Shown one piece after another: positions 10,318-20,440 of a stretch of DNA of 64,000 bases. The first letter of the stretch is position 1; each line of letters starts with the position of its first letter. Source of the stretch: Myxococcota bacterium (GTDB taxonomy: Bacteria > Myxococcota > UBA727 > JAHDBA01). The DNA lies in the NCBI GenBank assembly GCA_020627505.1, contig JAHDGS010000002.1:4213-68212 (forward strand), given 5' to 3'. The notes beneath the pieces are model-generated. The model was not told the DNA's origin. It did no database searches and saw nothing but the letters and a program-made list of their open reading frames with translations. A program made the translations under genes and the position numbers.

Positions 10318-10955
10318 GATTGTAAACACATTCCTGTTACATCGCATTCAGCCCAATCAGGGCAGTCACTATCATTTCGGCAGCAATAACCAGGATAGTC
10401 ATCTACGTCACTTCTGCAAGATGTTTCACCATAGCGGCCACAAATATTTAAATAACAGAATCCATTTTCTTCGTAACAATCTTCATCTTCACGACACAGC
10501 TCCTCGAATCCTCCAGGCTGTGTACAACGTCCATCGACACCACAATACTCGCTTAAACATAGCGGATCTGTATCTTCACCAAGCAATCCATCAAATGAAC
10601 AATATTCTCCGTCTTCGAAACTTCTAGCAAGGATGCATCTGGGCACGTCATATTGGCATTCGCCGAGGCGACATAAACGTGAACATATTCCGCTAAAGCA
10701 TAGTTCTTCTAACCCGTGACAAATCTCTTCACTACTGAGAGAGCCTCGTTCAAAGCAACTTGATATACCGCTATCTTGTTCTGTTACGCACCAGCCGTTC
10801 CCACCACAAGGATTCTCATGTTGTTTACAGCATTCAGCACCATACGCTTGTACCGGTTCTATTCTATTACAAGCCTCAGGTACTTCAGAATCACATGAAG
10901 CGATCAGTAGAAGAAAGAAAAAAGAAAAAAGTGCTTTTTTATGAGTATTTTTAAC
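10314..10955 (-). CDS. Cys-rich secreted lipoprotein; no canonical start codon (possible pseudogene or unusual initiation)
   Basis: The reading frame is continuous from the stop at 10956-10958 down to 10314. It encodes a lipoprotein-type leader (..HKKALFSFFFLLLIASC) and about 30 Cys. There is no ATG/GTG/TTG before the internal GTG at 10646. Confidence 0.45.
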   Translation of the reverse strand, partial: VKNTHKKALFSFFFLLLIASCDSEVPEACNRIEPVQAYGAECCKQHENPCGGNGWCVTEQDSGISSCFERGSLSSEEICHGLEELCFSGICSRLCRLGECQYDVPRCILARSFEDGEYCSFDGLLGEDTDPLCLSEYCGVDGRCTQPGGFEELCREDEDCYEENGFCYLNICGRYGETSCRSDVDDYPGYCCRNDSDCPDWAECDVTGMCLQS

Positions 10956-11046
10956 CTAAACTTCGTCAAATTACAAAAGCCCTCTTATTCTTAAGAGGGA
11001 AACAGGGGACACGCTCACGTTTCACGAAGCGTGCCCCCCAGAATTA

Positions 11047-11085
11047 AAAAAGGCCCTCGAGTTGAGAGCCTTTCTATATCTGTAT
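11047..11085 (-). terminator. Putative intrinsic terminator for the TSP3 surface-protein gene
   Basis: On the minus strand, an imperfect hairpin (aggctctcaactcgagggcct) is followed by a T7 run just 3' of the stop at 11093. Confidence 0.4.
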
Positions 11086-11092
11086 CTGGTGA

Positions 11093-13589
11093 CTATGCGC
11101 GACGTCGTCGACGCATTATAACAAGGCCTAAAGCAGATAACATCAGTGAGGGGTCTGTTGTTTGACAATCGCATCCACCGCCTGTGACAACTGGACCATC
11201 ACCACCATCTGTTTCAGAAGGTTCGTCATCATCACCATCGTTGCATGTCGAGGCGCTTGAAGAAGGGCTACATCCATCATTTGGGTCGCTGCCGTTAGCG
11301 ACTTCGTCACCATCGTTCACACCATCACCATCAGTGTCAGCGTTATTTGGGTTGGTACCTAGAGCTGCCTCTTGTGCGTCAGTCAAGCCATCATTATCAC
11401 GGTCGTCACCTTCTCCACGACAGGCAGCATTATCGACACTTGGAGAACATGGGTCATTTGGATCGGATTGTCCTTTCACTTCAGTCAGTGAGCCCATCAT
11501 CATCGCTATCACGATCATTTGGATCGGTTCCAAGCTGACGCTCTTCCGCATCTGTTAAACCATCATTATCAGAGTCTTGGTTATCTTGAGAACATGCATT
11601 GGCGTTTGGATTTGGCTCACATGGATTTGTTGGCTCTGTATCATTTGCAATACAGACATTTGCGACCGCTAAATCACCATCACAATAACCGTCATTATCA
11701 GAGTCTGGATTATTCGGATTGGTTCCAGCTGCGATTTCCTCTGCAGCAGTGAGACCATCATTATCCGTATCCTCATCAAGATTCTGTTGGCACGCTGTCG
11801 CATTTGGATCTGGATCACATGGATCTGTTGGACTTGATCCTTGCTCGATTTCAGTCCGGTCATTGAGCGTATCACCATCCGTATCAGCAACCGCAGGGTT
11901 ACTGCCAAGGTTTGCCTCTTGCTCATTTGTGAGTCCGTCACCATCGCGGTCACAGGTTGGTGCATCTTGAGAAGGCACGCATGGATTATTATCATCAGGA
12001 TCTGTCGATGCATCAGACCCATCACGATCATTATCAACAGTTGTTCGATCACAGTTTGGATGTGAGGCATCAGGAATACACGCATTATTTGGTGCACTAT
12101 CTTCATTATCATTCACACCATCACCATCAGAATCAACTGATGTCGGATTACTGTTTTCATTATTTGGATCTGTACCCGCTTCAACTTCTTCGCCATCTGT
12201 GAAGTCATCGCCATCAGAGTCTGGGTTTGTCGGATTTGTTCCAGCATCAGCCTCTTCATCATTTGTTAAACCATCATCATCTTGATCGCATGTTCCTGCA
12301 GTGGCACTCGGTACACACGGGTCATTTGGCGCACTATCTTCATCATCTTCGACACCATCGCCATCACGATCGAGTCCATCAGGCTCATCTGTACATTCTT
12401 GCTCTTCAGGGTCACAGTAACCAGAGTTACAGATGATATCTTCAAGGCAGAAGGCACCATTTTCAAACCGACAATTTGGCAGACATTGGTCTCCACCGAT
12501 AGTCTCTCCTCCACCCGGTCCTTCATCACAACCTTCACCAGGTTGGTGCAGATCATTTGCCGTACCACCAATACACAGAGATTCTGTCAGCGCGGGTCGA
12601 CCACCTCGACATATACCGATCGTACAAACATCACTGTCACAGTCGCGGTCTAAGATACAGTAGTCAGTATCTCGACACTCATTGCAGTTTTCTCCACCAC
12701 AATCCACATCTGTTTCATCTTGGTTGCGAAGTCCATCAGCACAACTCACGTTATCAAAGTCTTCTTCACAGGCTACAGTCGCAAAACTGGCACCAACAGG
12801 TGGGAAGAACTTGTTAAACGTACCAGTATTCACTGTAATCGTGTCAGGGAGTTCCCGAAGCTTATGGCCACCTTCTTTTTCACCGATCAACATATTTAAA
12901 TCACCATTCACAACCAAGCGCGCAACCGGACTGTTTACGACGAGATTTCGACCTCTGGTAAATTCGGCAGCAATCACTTTATCATTGTCTGATTCAACAA
13001 GAATATTTTCTTCTTCAACATTACCAATCAAACGGGAGCGACGTGCGCGAATATCAGATTGACAACCTGCTGATGTCCCAAACTGTTCATAAGGGTCGAA
13101 TATCGCATCACGTCTGACCGAACCCAAGTTTAAGAAACCACCGCGGTTACGGGTTTCTGATAAATCAAAATCAGCACCATTTAAGACATTCGCTCGAAGA
13201 ATTCTTTGCGCTGCATCTGTCGCATTATCACAACAATCTGACTCCATTTGAACGTAAACATAGCCGCCCTGGTTCAAAAACCACGTTAAGGCGACACCTT
13301 CAATTGGCTCAAGTTCTTGATCTGTAAAATAGAGTACCCAATCAAAACCATTCACGGCATCTTGAGAGGTGTGATAAAGCTCAACCTGCCCACCACCAGC
13401 GTCACGCGGAAAATCAAAAAAGAACGTGACATTATGACCATCATTTCTCATTTGCTGTAAAAACTCTGGACGAAAACGAACACCGGTATGATCTTCGTCA
13501 GTGACAACGAGTACTTTAGCAGCTTGTGCAGTATAACTGGCTGATAATAGTGTAAAAATAAGTAAAAGCCGAAAAAACGATCTAGACAT
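11093..13589 (-). pseudogene. Large secreted surface protein with TSP3 (thrombospondin type-3, Asp-rich) repeats and a MYXO-CTERM-like anchor, split by a 1-nt frameshift near 11482
   Basis: An ATG at 13589 with an AGGAG RBS gives the signal peptide MSRSFFRLLLIFTLLSASYTAQA. A roughly 270-aa globular domain and a Cys-rich region follow, then more than 10 DTDGDGLTD-type repeats. The frame ends at 11481. The -1 frame continues the repeat ([15 protein letters not shown]...) and ends with [29 protein letters not shown]. Confidence 0.6.
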
Positions 13590-13729
13590 AGATTGATCTC
13601 CTAATAAGCGGTATGTGTGACAACATACCACATACGGGAGATCTTTCTATATGTTTTTTATCAGATCAAGTACAGATCTTTACAGTATATAATAAAGATA
13701 AACCGACTCAAGCTCTGGGCACAGCCTTT

Positions 13730-15094
13730 TTAAGGGACTGTTGTCCAGTTCTCCAGTGTTTCCTTCAAATCTGCCATGAAAATATCTGCTGTCGCGCCAT
13801 CGATCAATCGATGATCGAATGACAAGGAAACAACACCCATATTTCTAATCGCAATTGAATCAACACCATCGACCGTCATGACAACCGGTTCTTTCTTAAT
13901 ACGACCAACACCCAAAATAGCGACTTGAGGCTGATTGATAACTGGTGTACCGATGATGGCACCATAATTACCTGGATTGGTAATCGTGAATGTTCCACCA
14001 CTTAACTCATCTGGTTTCACACGACGGTTGCGCGTACGCACAGCCAAATCAGCAATTGAATGTGCCAAACCTCTAATATTCATCTTGTCTGCATGCGAAA
14101 TAACAGGGACCATGAGACCAGGCTCTGGCTTGTCAATCGCAACCGCAATGCCAAGATGCACATCTTTTTTAAACACGATATCCGTACCACGAATCTCAGC
14201 ATTAATATACGGATGTCGCTTGAGAACTTCTGTCACTGCTGCTGCAATGAAAACGGTATAAGTTAGGCTCACACCTTCTTCTGCTTTAAAGCGTGCTTTA
14301 TGCTCAGCGCGAATTCGGTCGATCGCTGTATAATCAATATCGAAAAACGTCGTCACGTGTGCTGATGTTTGTTTCGAGCGAACCATATTCTCCATGATCA
14401 CTTTACGCATTGTCGATGCACGCTCAATCGTCTCACGCCCATTTGAAGAAGTGGCTGGGGTTGTCGAAGATGGTGCAGGCACAGTTGATTGTTGGACAAC
14501 AGGTGCCGATGAAGCTGCTGGGGCTGCCGCAGGTGCTGCACCACTGCCACGGTTTGCAATATATGCTCTAATATCTTTCTTGGTCACACGCCCGTTGTTT
14601 CCAGTACCAGGCATACTATCTAACTCTGCGTCGGAAATGCCATTTTCTCCAGCGATACGACGAACCAATGGAGAAACAAAACGTGCCCCTCCGGATGATT
14701 GAACAGGTGTCGCCGCTGCAGCCGGAGCAGCTGGTGGCGGTGGTGGTGGCGGAGGTGGTGGCTCAACTGCTGCTGGTTGAGGTGCCGAACTTTGTGGAGG
14801 AAGGGTCTCATTCGCTTCAGCAGAAGTCGGCGTCGCAGACGGTGCTGCAGATTCGCCAGCACCGCCAACCTGCGCTAATACAGTCCCCACATCGACAGTT
14901 TCTCCTTCCGGAACAGCTATGCTCAGGAGAACACCATCAGAAGGTGCTGGTATCTCGGCTTCCACTTTATCTGTTGAGATCACACAAATATCTTCATCTT
15001 TTTTGACCGCATCGCCTGGCTGTTTAAGCCATTTGACGATGGTCCCTTCTGCAATAGATTCACCTAGTTGTGGCATGACGACGTTTTCGGCCAT
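13730..15094 (-). CDS. 2-oxo acid dehydrogenase complex E2 component (dihydrolipoamide acyltransferase)
   Basis: Lipoyl domain (STDKVEAEIP with the lipoyl-Lys), a Pro/Ala linker, a peripheral subunit-binding domain, and a catalytic domain ending DHRLIDGA. Confidence 0.85.
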   Translation of the reverse strand: MAENVVMPQLGESIAEGTIVKWLKQPGDAVKKDEDICVISTDKVEAEIPAPSDGVLLSIAVPEGETVDVGTVLAQVGGAGESAAPSATPTSAEANETLPPQSSAPQPAAVEPPPPPPPPPPAAPAAAATPVQSSGGARFVSPLVRRIAGENGISDAELDSMPGTGNNGRVTKKDIRAYIANRGSGAAPAAAPAASSAPVVQQSTVPAPSSTTPATSSNGRETIERASTMRKVIMENMVRSKQTSAHVTTFFDIDYTAIDRIRAEHKARFKAEEGVSLTYTVFIAAAVTEVLKRHPYINAEIRGTDIVFKKDVHLGIAVAIDKPEPGLMVPVISHADKMNIRGLAHSIADLAVRTRNRRVKPDELSGGTFTITNPGNYGAIIGTPVINQPQVAILGVGRIKKEPVVMTVDGVDSIAIRNMGVVSLSFDHRLIDGATADIFMADLKETLENWTTVP

Positions 15095-15234
15095 GAGTTC
15101 TCCCTGATTGAATTGTTGCCATGGTTATACTGTAAGCACATCCTTTTTCATAGTCTTTTTCGACTCAGATTTTAACGGCCCTCATGAAATCAGACAATTC
15201 GCAATTAAATGCGAATCTATGATACCGCTGTTGC

Positions 15235-16104
15235 ATGTCAAATCGAGGACAACAGCCAAAAGCGCAAGCACCATTTGAGTTTAAGATTCACAAAAAAGGG
15301 AATCCAATACGCCCAATTGATGATATCTATCACGCGATATTGCATACCTCTGGTCGGCGCCTTTTTTTATACGGTAGTTTAATATACATACTCACAAATC
15401 TATGTTTTGCGTTTCTTTATTTTGCCATTCCGAATAGTATCTCGACAGAACGTTCGCTGACCTTCGCTGATGCCTTCTTTTTTAGCGTGCAAACAATGGC
15501 AACTGTCGGTTACGGCACGTTGTCACCTCAAGGATTGATTGCAAATATCATCGTCACCATCGAAGCAGCTTTTGGTCTTTTACTTGTTGCAGTGATTACA
15601 GGACTTGTCTTTGCACGTCTTTCTCGACCAAAAGTGCATATCATTTTTAGTGATAAAATGGTGCTCTCAAACTTCAATGGCGAGCGTTGCCTGTCATTCC
15701 GTATGGCCAATGCACGTGGTAATGACCTCATTGAAGCACATGTGAGTGTCACTGCCCTTTTCAATGAAATTACCGAAGAGGGCGAGCGCTTTGCACGGGT
15801 TAAGAATCTCAAACTTAAAAGAGCACAGACACCATTTTTTAGACTGTCTTGGTCAGTCTTTCATGTGCTGGACGAAACATCTCCGTTACATGGTTTCGAT
15901 CTTGAAGATGATCGTCTCAGAGCGATCAGTATTACCCTCACCGGCCATGATGGTACTTATGCAACAACAGTCTATGCGAGACATAATTATCAATCGACTG
16001 ACATTTATAAAGACCACTATTTCGAAGATGTGATCGAGCAAAATAGTCTGTCTGAGCTCACAATTGATTATTCAAAATTTCATGAATTGAAGTCCATACA
16101 CTAA
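15235..16104 (+). CDS. Inward-rectifier K+ channel, KirBac family
   Basis: Two TM helices flank a P-loop carrying the selectivity filter TVGYG. The cytoplasmic Kir C-terminal domain is collinear with KirBac1.1 (GLVFARLSRPK, FNGERCLSFRMANAR). Confidence 0.85.
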   Translation: MSNRGQQPKAQAPFEFKIHKKGNPIRPIDDIYHAILHTSGRRLFLYGSLIYILTNLCFAFLYFAIPNSISTERSLTFADAFFFSVQTMATVGYGTLSPQGLIANIIVTIEAAFGLLLVAVITGLVFARLSRPKVHIIFSDKMVLSNFNGERCLSFRMANARGNDLIEAHVSVTALFNEITEEGERFARVKNLKLKRAQTPFFRLSWSVFHVLDETSPLHGFDLEDDRLRAISITLTGHDGTYATTVYARHNYQSTDIYKDHYFEDVIEQNSLSELTIDYSKFHELKSIH

Positions 16105-16197
16105 TTGATTGAATATTTCCTTTTGAGACACGTCTATGCTGATGTTGATATGCGCACTGAAAAGAGCGTAATTAGGATATGTACAAAGGAGACAAAC

Positions 16198-16629
16198 ATG
16201 ATTGAACAACTTATTTCTCAAGCAACTTCACAACTCGGTATTGGTGAGGATGTTGCCAAAAGCGCAGCTGGTGGCGTTTTAGGCTTGATCAAAGATCAAG
16301 CAGGTGACGACACATTTGGTAAACTCGCAGGTGCGATTCCTGGCGCATCAGACCTCATCGGTGGCGCAGAACAATCTTCGGGCGGTGGCTTGATGGGTGC
16401 CGTCTCAGCACTTTCAAGTGGCAATGTGATGGGTGCCGTCACTGGACTCATGGGTGGCGGAGGCGGTCTCGCCGGTGCTGTTGCCGCGCTCTCTGATTCA
16501 GGACTCAATGCCGATCAAGCCTCAGGATTTCTTGGACTTGCTTTGAACTTTTTGAAGCAAAATGCAGGGGATTCTATTATGGGCGAAATCGTCGAAAAAG
16601 TCCCATTCTTAGGGGAGCTACTCGATTAA
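16198..16629 (+). CDS. DUF2780 family protein
   Basis: ATG at 16198 after an AAGGAG RBS. Gly/Ala-rich, with MIEQLISQATSQLGIGEDVA...LLD typical of DUF2780. Confidence 0.5.
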   Translation: MIEQLISQATSQLGIGEDVAKSAAGGVLGLIKDQAGDDTFGKLAGAIPGASDLIGGAEQSSGGGLMGAVSALSSGNVMGAVTGLMGGGGGLAGAVAALSDSGLNADQASGFLGLALNFLKQNAGDSIMGEIVEKVPFLGELLD

Positions 16630-16655
16630 GTTTATCAATCGATTTCGTCGCAAAA

Positions 16656-16681
16656 CGTCGGGGCCTGCCCCGATTTTTTCG
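16656..16681. terminator. Bidirectional intrinsic terminator
   Basis: gtcggggc-ctg-gccccgac-type GC hairpin (cggggcctgccccg) followed by TTTTTT. Lies between convergent genes ending at 16629 (+) and 16699 (-). Confidence 0.6.
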
Positions 16682-16698
16682 TTTGTAGAGTTATTGAT

Positions 16699-17658
16699 TT
16701 ATAAATGCCCCATATGCCCTGCACGATAATCGGCAAATGCTTGGCGCAGTTCATCCACAGTATTCATCACAAAGGGACCACGGGCAGCGACGGGTTCATT
16801 TAACGGCTCTCCACTCAACACAAGAACGCGGCTTTTTTGGGTCGCCTCAAATATAACTTCCCCCTCTGTTTCAGCATTCATTAACGCAATTTGCCCAGCT
16901 CTCAGATGAGTTGATTCTTGAAGACGACCTGCACCTTCCATCATAAAGAAGAGGGTATTATGACCTTTAGGTAGAGTGAAACGTGTTGTTTGAGATACCT
17001 CAATCTGAAAATCAAATACTGTCATCGGTGAAAATGTTTTCGCGGCCCCTGTCGAGTCGCCAAGCTCACCTGCAATGAGTCTGGCGGATACATTCCCAAT
17101 TTGAACACGTGGAAATGAGCTGTCGACCAACGCTTGATAACGCGGTGCTGTCATTTTATCTTTCGCTTTGAGGTTCACCCATAACTGAACCATCTCAAAC
17201 AAACCGCCTTTTTCGCTCCAGGCTTTAGAATGAAACTCTTCATGGACGACCCCACTCCCTGCGGTCATCCATTGGACATCTCCAGGAAAGATCGTGCCGC
17301 CACCGCCTGCAGAATCTCGATGGGTGACTTCACCTTGATATGCAAAGGTCACTGTCTCAAAGCCGCGATGTGGATGTTCACCCACGCCGCGCTGAATTGA
17401 AGATGCTTCGAAGTGATGCGGATCAGCATAATCCATCAAGATGAATGGACTGGTTTTTTCTGGCTCGATTTGAAAGGGTGAAAACATTGTTCGAACAAAA
17501 AAACCATCTCCAACCCAATGACGTTGATCTTCAGAAATCACCATATCGATTGAACGTAAATTCATGGCTGTCGTCCCTTTTGTTCGGAATTTTTTTTGAG
17601 AGATGAAGCCAAAGGCAGCCGCACCAATCCCAAAAAGCACCCATCTTCTTTTGGGCAT
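16699..17658 (-). CDS. Pirin family protein with an N-terminal Tat/Sec-like leader
   Basis: Cupin motif HPHRGFETVTFAYQGEVTHRDS with a second cupin repeat. The start is placed at MPKRRWVLFGIGAAAFG to avoid overlapping the upstream gene's stop. Confidence 0.75.
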   Translation of the reverse strand: MPKRRWVLFGIGAAAFGFISQKKFRTKGTTAMNLRSIDMVISEDQRHWVGDGFFVRTMFSPFQIEPEKTSPFILMDYADPHHFEASSIQRGVGEHPHRGFETVTFAYQGEVTHRDSAGGGGTIFPGDVQWMTAGSGVVHEEFHSKAWSEKGGLFEMVQLWVNLKAKDKMTAPRYQALVDSSFPRVQIGNVSARLIAGELGDSTGAAKTFSPMTVFDFQIEVSQTTRFTLPKGHNTLFFMMEGAGRLQESTHLRAGQIALMNAETEGEVIFEATQKSRVLVLSGEPLNEPVAARGPFVMNTVDELRQAFADYRAGHMGHL

Positions 17659-17659
17659 T

Positions 17660-18454
17660 TTATCGTGTTCGTATGATGACGGCGACTTGCAAAGAAACAG
17701 GCTCACCGAGTCGTTCACCTGAGATTGTCAATACATGTCGACGACCATTTTCGAATGGCACACCACTTGTTGAACCGAAACTGACAAGTACACGATCACC
17801 TGTTTTCAATGTTCGCGCACCATCATCGTAACTCCCTCGGATGGAGTGGATATGGAAATCGCCTGCAGATGCATATTCAAGAGAGTAATAAAGTGTTTGC
17901 GGACGACCATCGATCAATTGTGGATAAAGAAAGTCATCACAAAATGCTGATGTGCATAAACGATCGCCACCACGAAATGCCAAAGTATCATACGGATGAT
18001 TCGTACACGCCATGTCTTCAACACAACCAGTATCATCTTGATATGTTTGGCCTTCACCACAAGTACAACCTGCCCCTTGACTCACTTCATCAACCGCCCA
18101 GCCACAGACGTAATTTGTTGCTCGACTTGTTCGATCGCCACCCGTTTCTAAACACAGATCCACGCATTCATTTCTATCTGTTAGATATACTTGCCATGAC
18201 TGTGGGCACGCCACTGTGACAGCCTCGACTTCAACGTCCTCTTCTTCAATTGAGGTCTCAATTTCCTCAGGCACTTCATTTAATACTTCATCATCATTTT
18301 CTTCAACAGATTCTTCTTCAAAGCCGAGAACAGCTTCTTCCGCTGTGTCGGATTCTGAGGCAGTGACGATTGCAGCCGGGTCGACACCACAACCAATAGG
18401 AGAGACCATAAATAAGATGATCGTACAATTTTGACGGATCGATAAAGACTTCAT
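17660..18454 (-). CDS. Secreted acidic, Cys-rich protein, function unknown
   Basis: Signal peptide, a Glu/Asp-rich stretch (EEESVEENDDEV...), then a Cys-rich domain. Confidence 0.5.
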   Translation of the reverse strand: MKSLSIRQNCTIILFMVSPIGCGVDPAAIVTASESDTAEEAVLGFEEESVEENDDEVLNEVPEEIETSIEEEDVEVEAVTVACPQSWQVYLTDRNECVDLCLETGGDRTSRATNYVCGWAVDEVSQGAGCTCGEGQTYQDDTGCVEDMACTNHPYDTLAFRGGDRLCTSAFCDDFLYPQLIDGRPQTLYYSLEYASAGDFHIHSIRGSYDDGARTLKTGDRVLVSFGSTSGVPFENGRRHVLTISGERLGEPVSLQVAVIIRTR

Positions 18455-18595
18455 GTAAACGGTATAGCCTATCTACACCTACATTTAAATACATTTTATG
18501 ATGTTGATATATTGTAAATGAAATATCTTCGATCGTTCAATATTTTACCCTTAGAGTATAGCTCAATAGCGTTATTCAAACGCCAATAAATAAAA

Positions 18596-19426
18596 TTATG
18601 CTTTAATATTAGGCTTGTGCCGATCCCGTCGAAAGTCGACCTCCTGGCGGCGTTCACCGATATCTAAGAAGGCTTCTCGCTCGGCTTTCCACTCTTCAAC
18701 AAGATGTGTTGTTACATCTCGAATAAACAAAAGTGCATATTCAAGCATTTCTCGCTCATCCCCCCATCCGCGAACACGTGGCCCCTGGGACGGATGACTT
18801 GGCCGCAATCCAATTGATATAAGCCCCACCACAACACCAATCGCATGTGATGTTTTGATACTCGCTCTTTGCGCACTTGTTTGTAGATCTCGCATCGCGG
18901 TGCGATAATCTTTCATTGACAGTTCCCACAACTTCGCTTGAGGATGATGTTTTAAAACAGCTTCAATATGAGGACGCATCCGGCCAAGTGCTCGACACAA
19001 AGCGCTTAAGGCATCATGTTGAATCAATTTGGTTTGACGTGGAATTGATAAATCCCCAAGTAAATGACCTAGTATGAGATGCACCCCCTCTTCACCCGTT
19101 AACCTTTTGGTCGCGCGATTTGCTAACACAGCCTCTTTCAAATCAGTCGTCGCGATTTCAATAATATCCATATAAGTCATGAAGTGTTCTGCTTCAGCAC
19201 TCAATGCTTTTTTCTCCCACAAACGCTCACTGGGCATGGCTTTTTTTTGTCGCTTTTTCTGAGATGCGTCTTTTTGATCTTTTTGCGCTTCAACAAATGT
19301 CACATATGCATTATCAGCCTGTTCAAGTGCAACAACCGCTTTTTGGCACGCAGATATTTGACGTGGTGTTTTTGTTAAAGATTTAAAACTTTTTCTAACG
19401 ACCATAATTGATCGTCGCACAATCAA
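18596..19426 (-). CDS. Hypothetical protein (276 aa)
   Basis: Long ORF with no recognisable motif. Confidence 0.4.
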   Translation of the reverse strand: MIVRRSIMVVRKSFKSLTKTPRQISACQKAVVALEQADNAYVTFVEAQKDQKDASQKKRQKKAMPSERLWEKKALSAEAEHFMTYMDIIEIATTDLKEAVLANRATKRLTGEEGVHLILGHLLGDLSIPRQTKLIQHDALSALCRALGRMRPHIEAVLKHHPQAKLWELSMKDYRTAMRDLQTSAQRASIKTSHAIGVVVGLISIGLRPSHPSQGPRVRGWGDEREMLEYALLFIRDVTTHLVEEWKAEREAFLDIGERRQEVDFRRDRHKPNIKA

Positions 19427-19454
19427 ATGTAAAATTCTATCGTTTCACTTTTAA

Positions 19455-19967
19455 ATGGGCTATTTAGAGAATATGGCTAAACCGCTTGACGTCCTGAATC
19501 AGCAATCCGAAGAGGAGCAGATCACGCTTGAGTCGGAACGCCTAGCTTGGGTCATGAAGTGGCCAGAACCATTACAACACTTTTCAGAAGAAGAGCGTAC
19601 GACCATGATTGAAGCTGGCGAAATTAAACAAGGTTCGGATACGTTGATTTGGCATTCCAAACAAACCAACGGTCAGATAAACACAAGAGGCTTCGTCCGT
19701 GGGCTATTACAAGTGCCTTTACATGAAGCTGATGGTTCGATCTACTCTTGCTTTTTCGAAGTGGATCGCGAGGCTTATATCGCACTCCAGCATGCATTTA
19801 AAAACCAGGAGAGTGCACAAGTCACTGGACGCGTCGCGAACCAATTACCGTACTTATCAGGCGTATTGGGTGTCGAAGTCATTTTGAAAGAAAGTGGTCA
19901 AAACACGCGTGTTCGTGTTATTGATAGTCCTGAAAGATTGATTTTACAGGGGCCTGACGTTCTTTAA
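19455..19967 (+). CDS. Hypothetical protein (170 aa)
   Basis: ORF only; the true start may be the downstream ATG at MAKPL. Confidence 0.4.
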   Translation: MGYLENMAKPLDVLNQQSEEEQITLESERLAWVMKWPEPLQHFSEEERTTMIEAGEIKQGSDTLIWHSKQTNGQINTRGFVRGLLQVPLHEADGSIYSCFFEVDREAYIALQHAFKNQESAQVTGRVANQLPYLSGVLGVEVILKESGQNTRVRVIDSPERLILQGPDVL

Positions 19968-19990
19968 CGTCTGACCGGAGGGATTCACAC

Positions 19991-20404
19991 ATGGCTAAAG
20001 CAACACAACATAAAGTGACCAGCGATCAAGACACGCCTTTGGTCGAAGTGATTATTCGAGAAGAAGATCACCAACCACAAGGATTTCGTATTCGAGAGCC
20101 AGGGCGCGCCTTGCTTCTATGGACGATCGGTTTTCTCACTGCGGTTGTTTCATTCTTGGTCGGCAGCTGGATTTCAAATAAATTTGTCACGTGGCACTTT
20201 GGTGGCCGAGCAGAGCATGACAATCCAGCGATTGCACAGGGTATGATGCGTGAAATTGCCGATAGTAATTTTTACATGGCAGGTGGGCAGCTTTTTGTCA
20301 TGTTGATCATTTTTATGATCACCTTCTTAACCTTATGGGGCATGGCCAAAAAACCACGACGTGCGGAACTCGTCGACTTGCCTGAAGATCTCGTCGACAC
20401 ATAA
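19991..20404 (+). CDS. Small membrane protein, function unknown
   Basis: Two hydrophobic helices. GGAG sits upstream of the ATG. Confidence 0.4.
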   Translation: MAKATQHKVTSDQDTPLVEVIIREEDHQPQGFRIREPGRALLLWTIGFLTAVVSFLVGSWISNKFVTWHFGGRAEHDNPAIAQGMMREIADSNFYMAGGQLFVMLIIFMITFLTLWGMAKKPRRAELVDLPEDLVDT

Positions 20405-20440
20405 CGTATTAGCGACCGAACATCGTCGCTTTATAGGACT

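Noticed and set aside
11184-12663. Many antisense and alternate-frame ORFs inside the TSP3-repeat gene (for example 11669-12112, 11957-12202, 12227-12436, 12282-12653).
   Set aside because: These are His/Gln/Ser low-complexity translations of the reverse or shifted frames of the Asp-codon repeat (GAT/GAC read as ATC/GTC, HHH and so on). The sense frame has a coherent domain architecture and a signal peptide.
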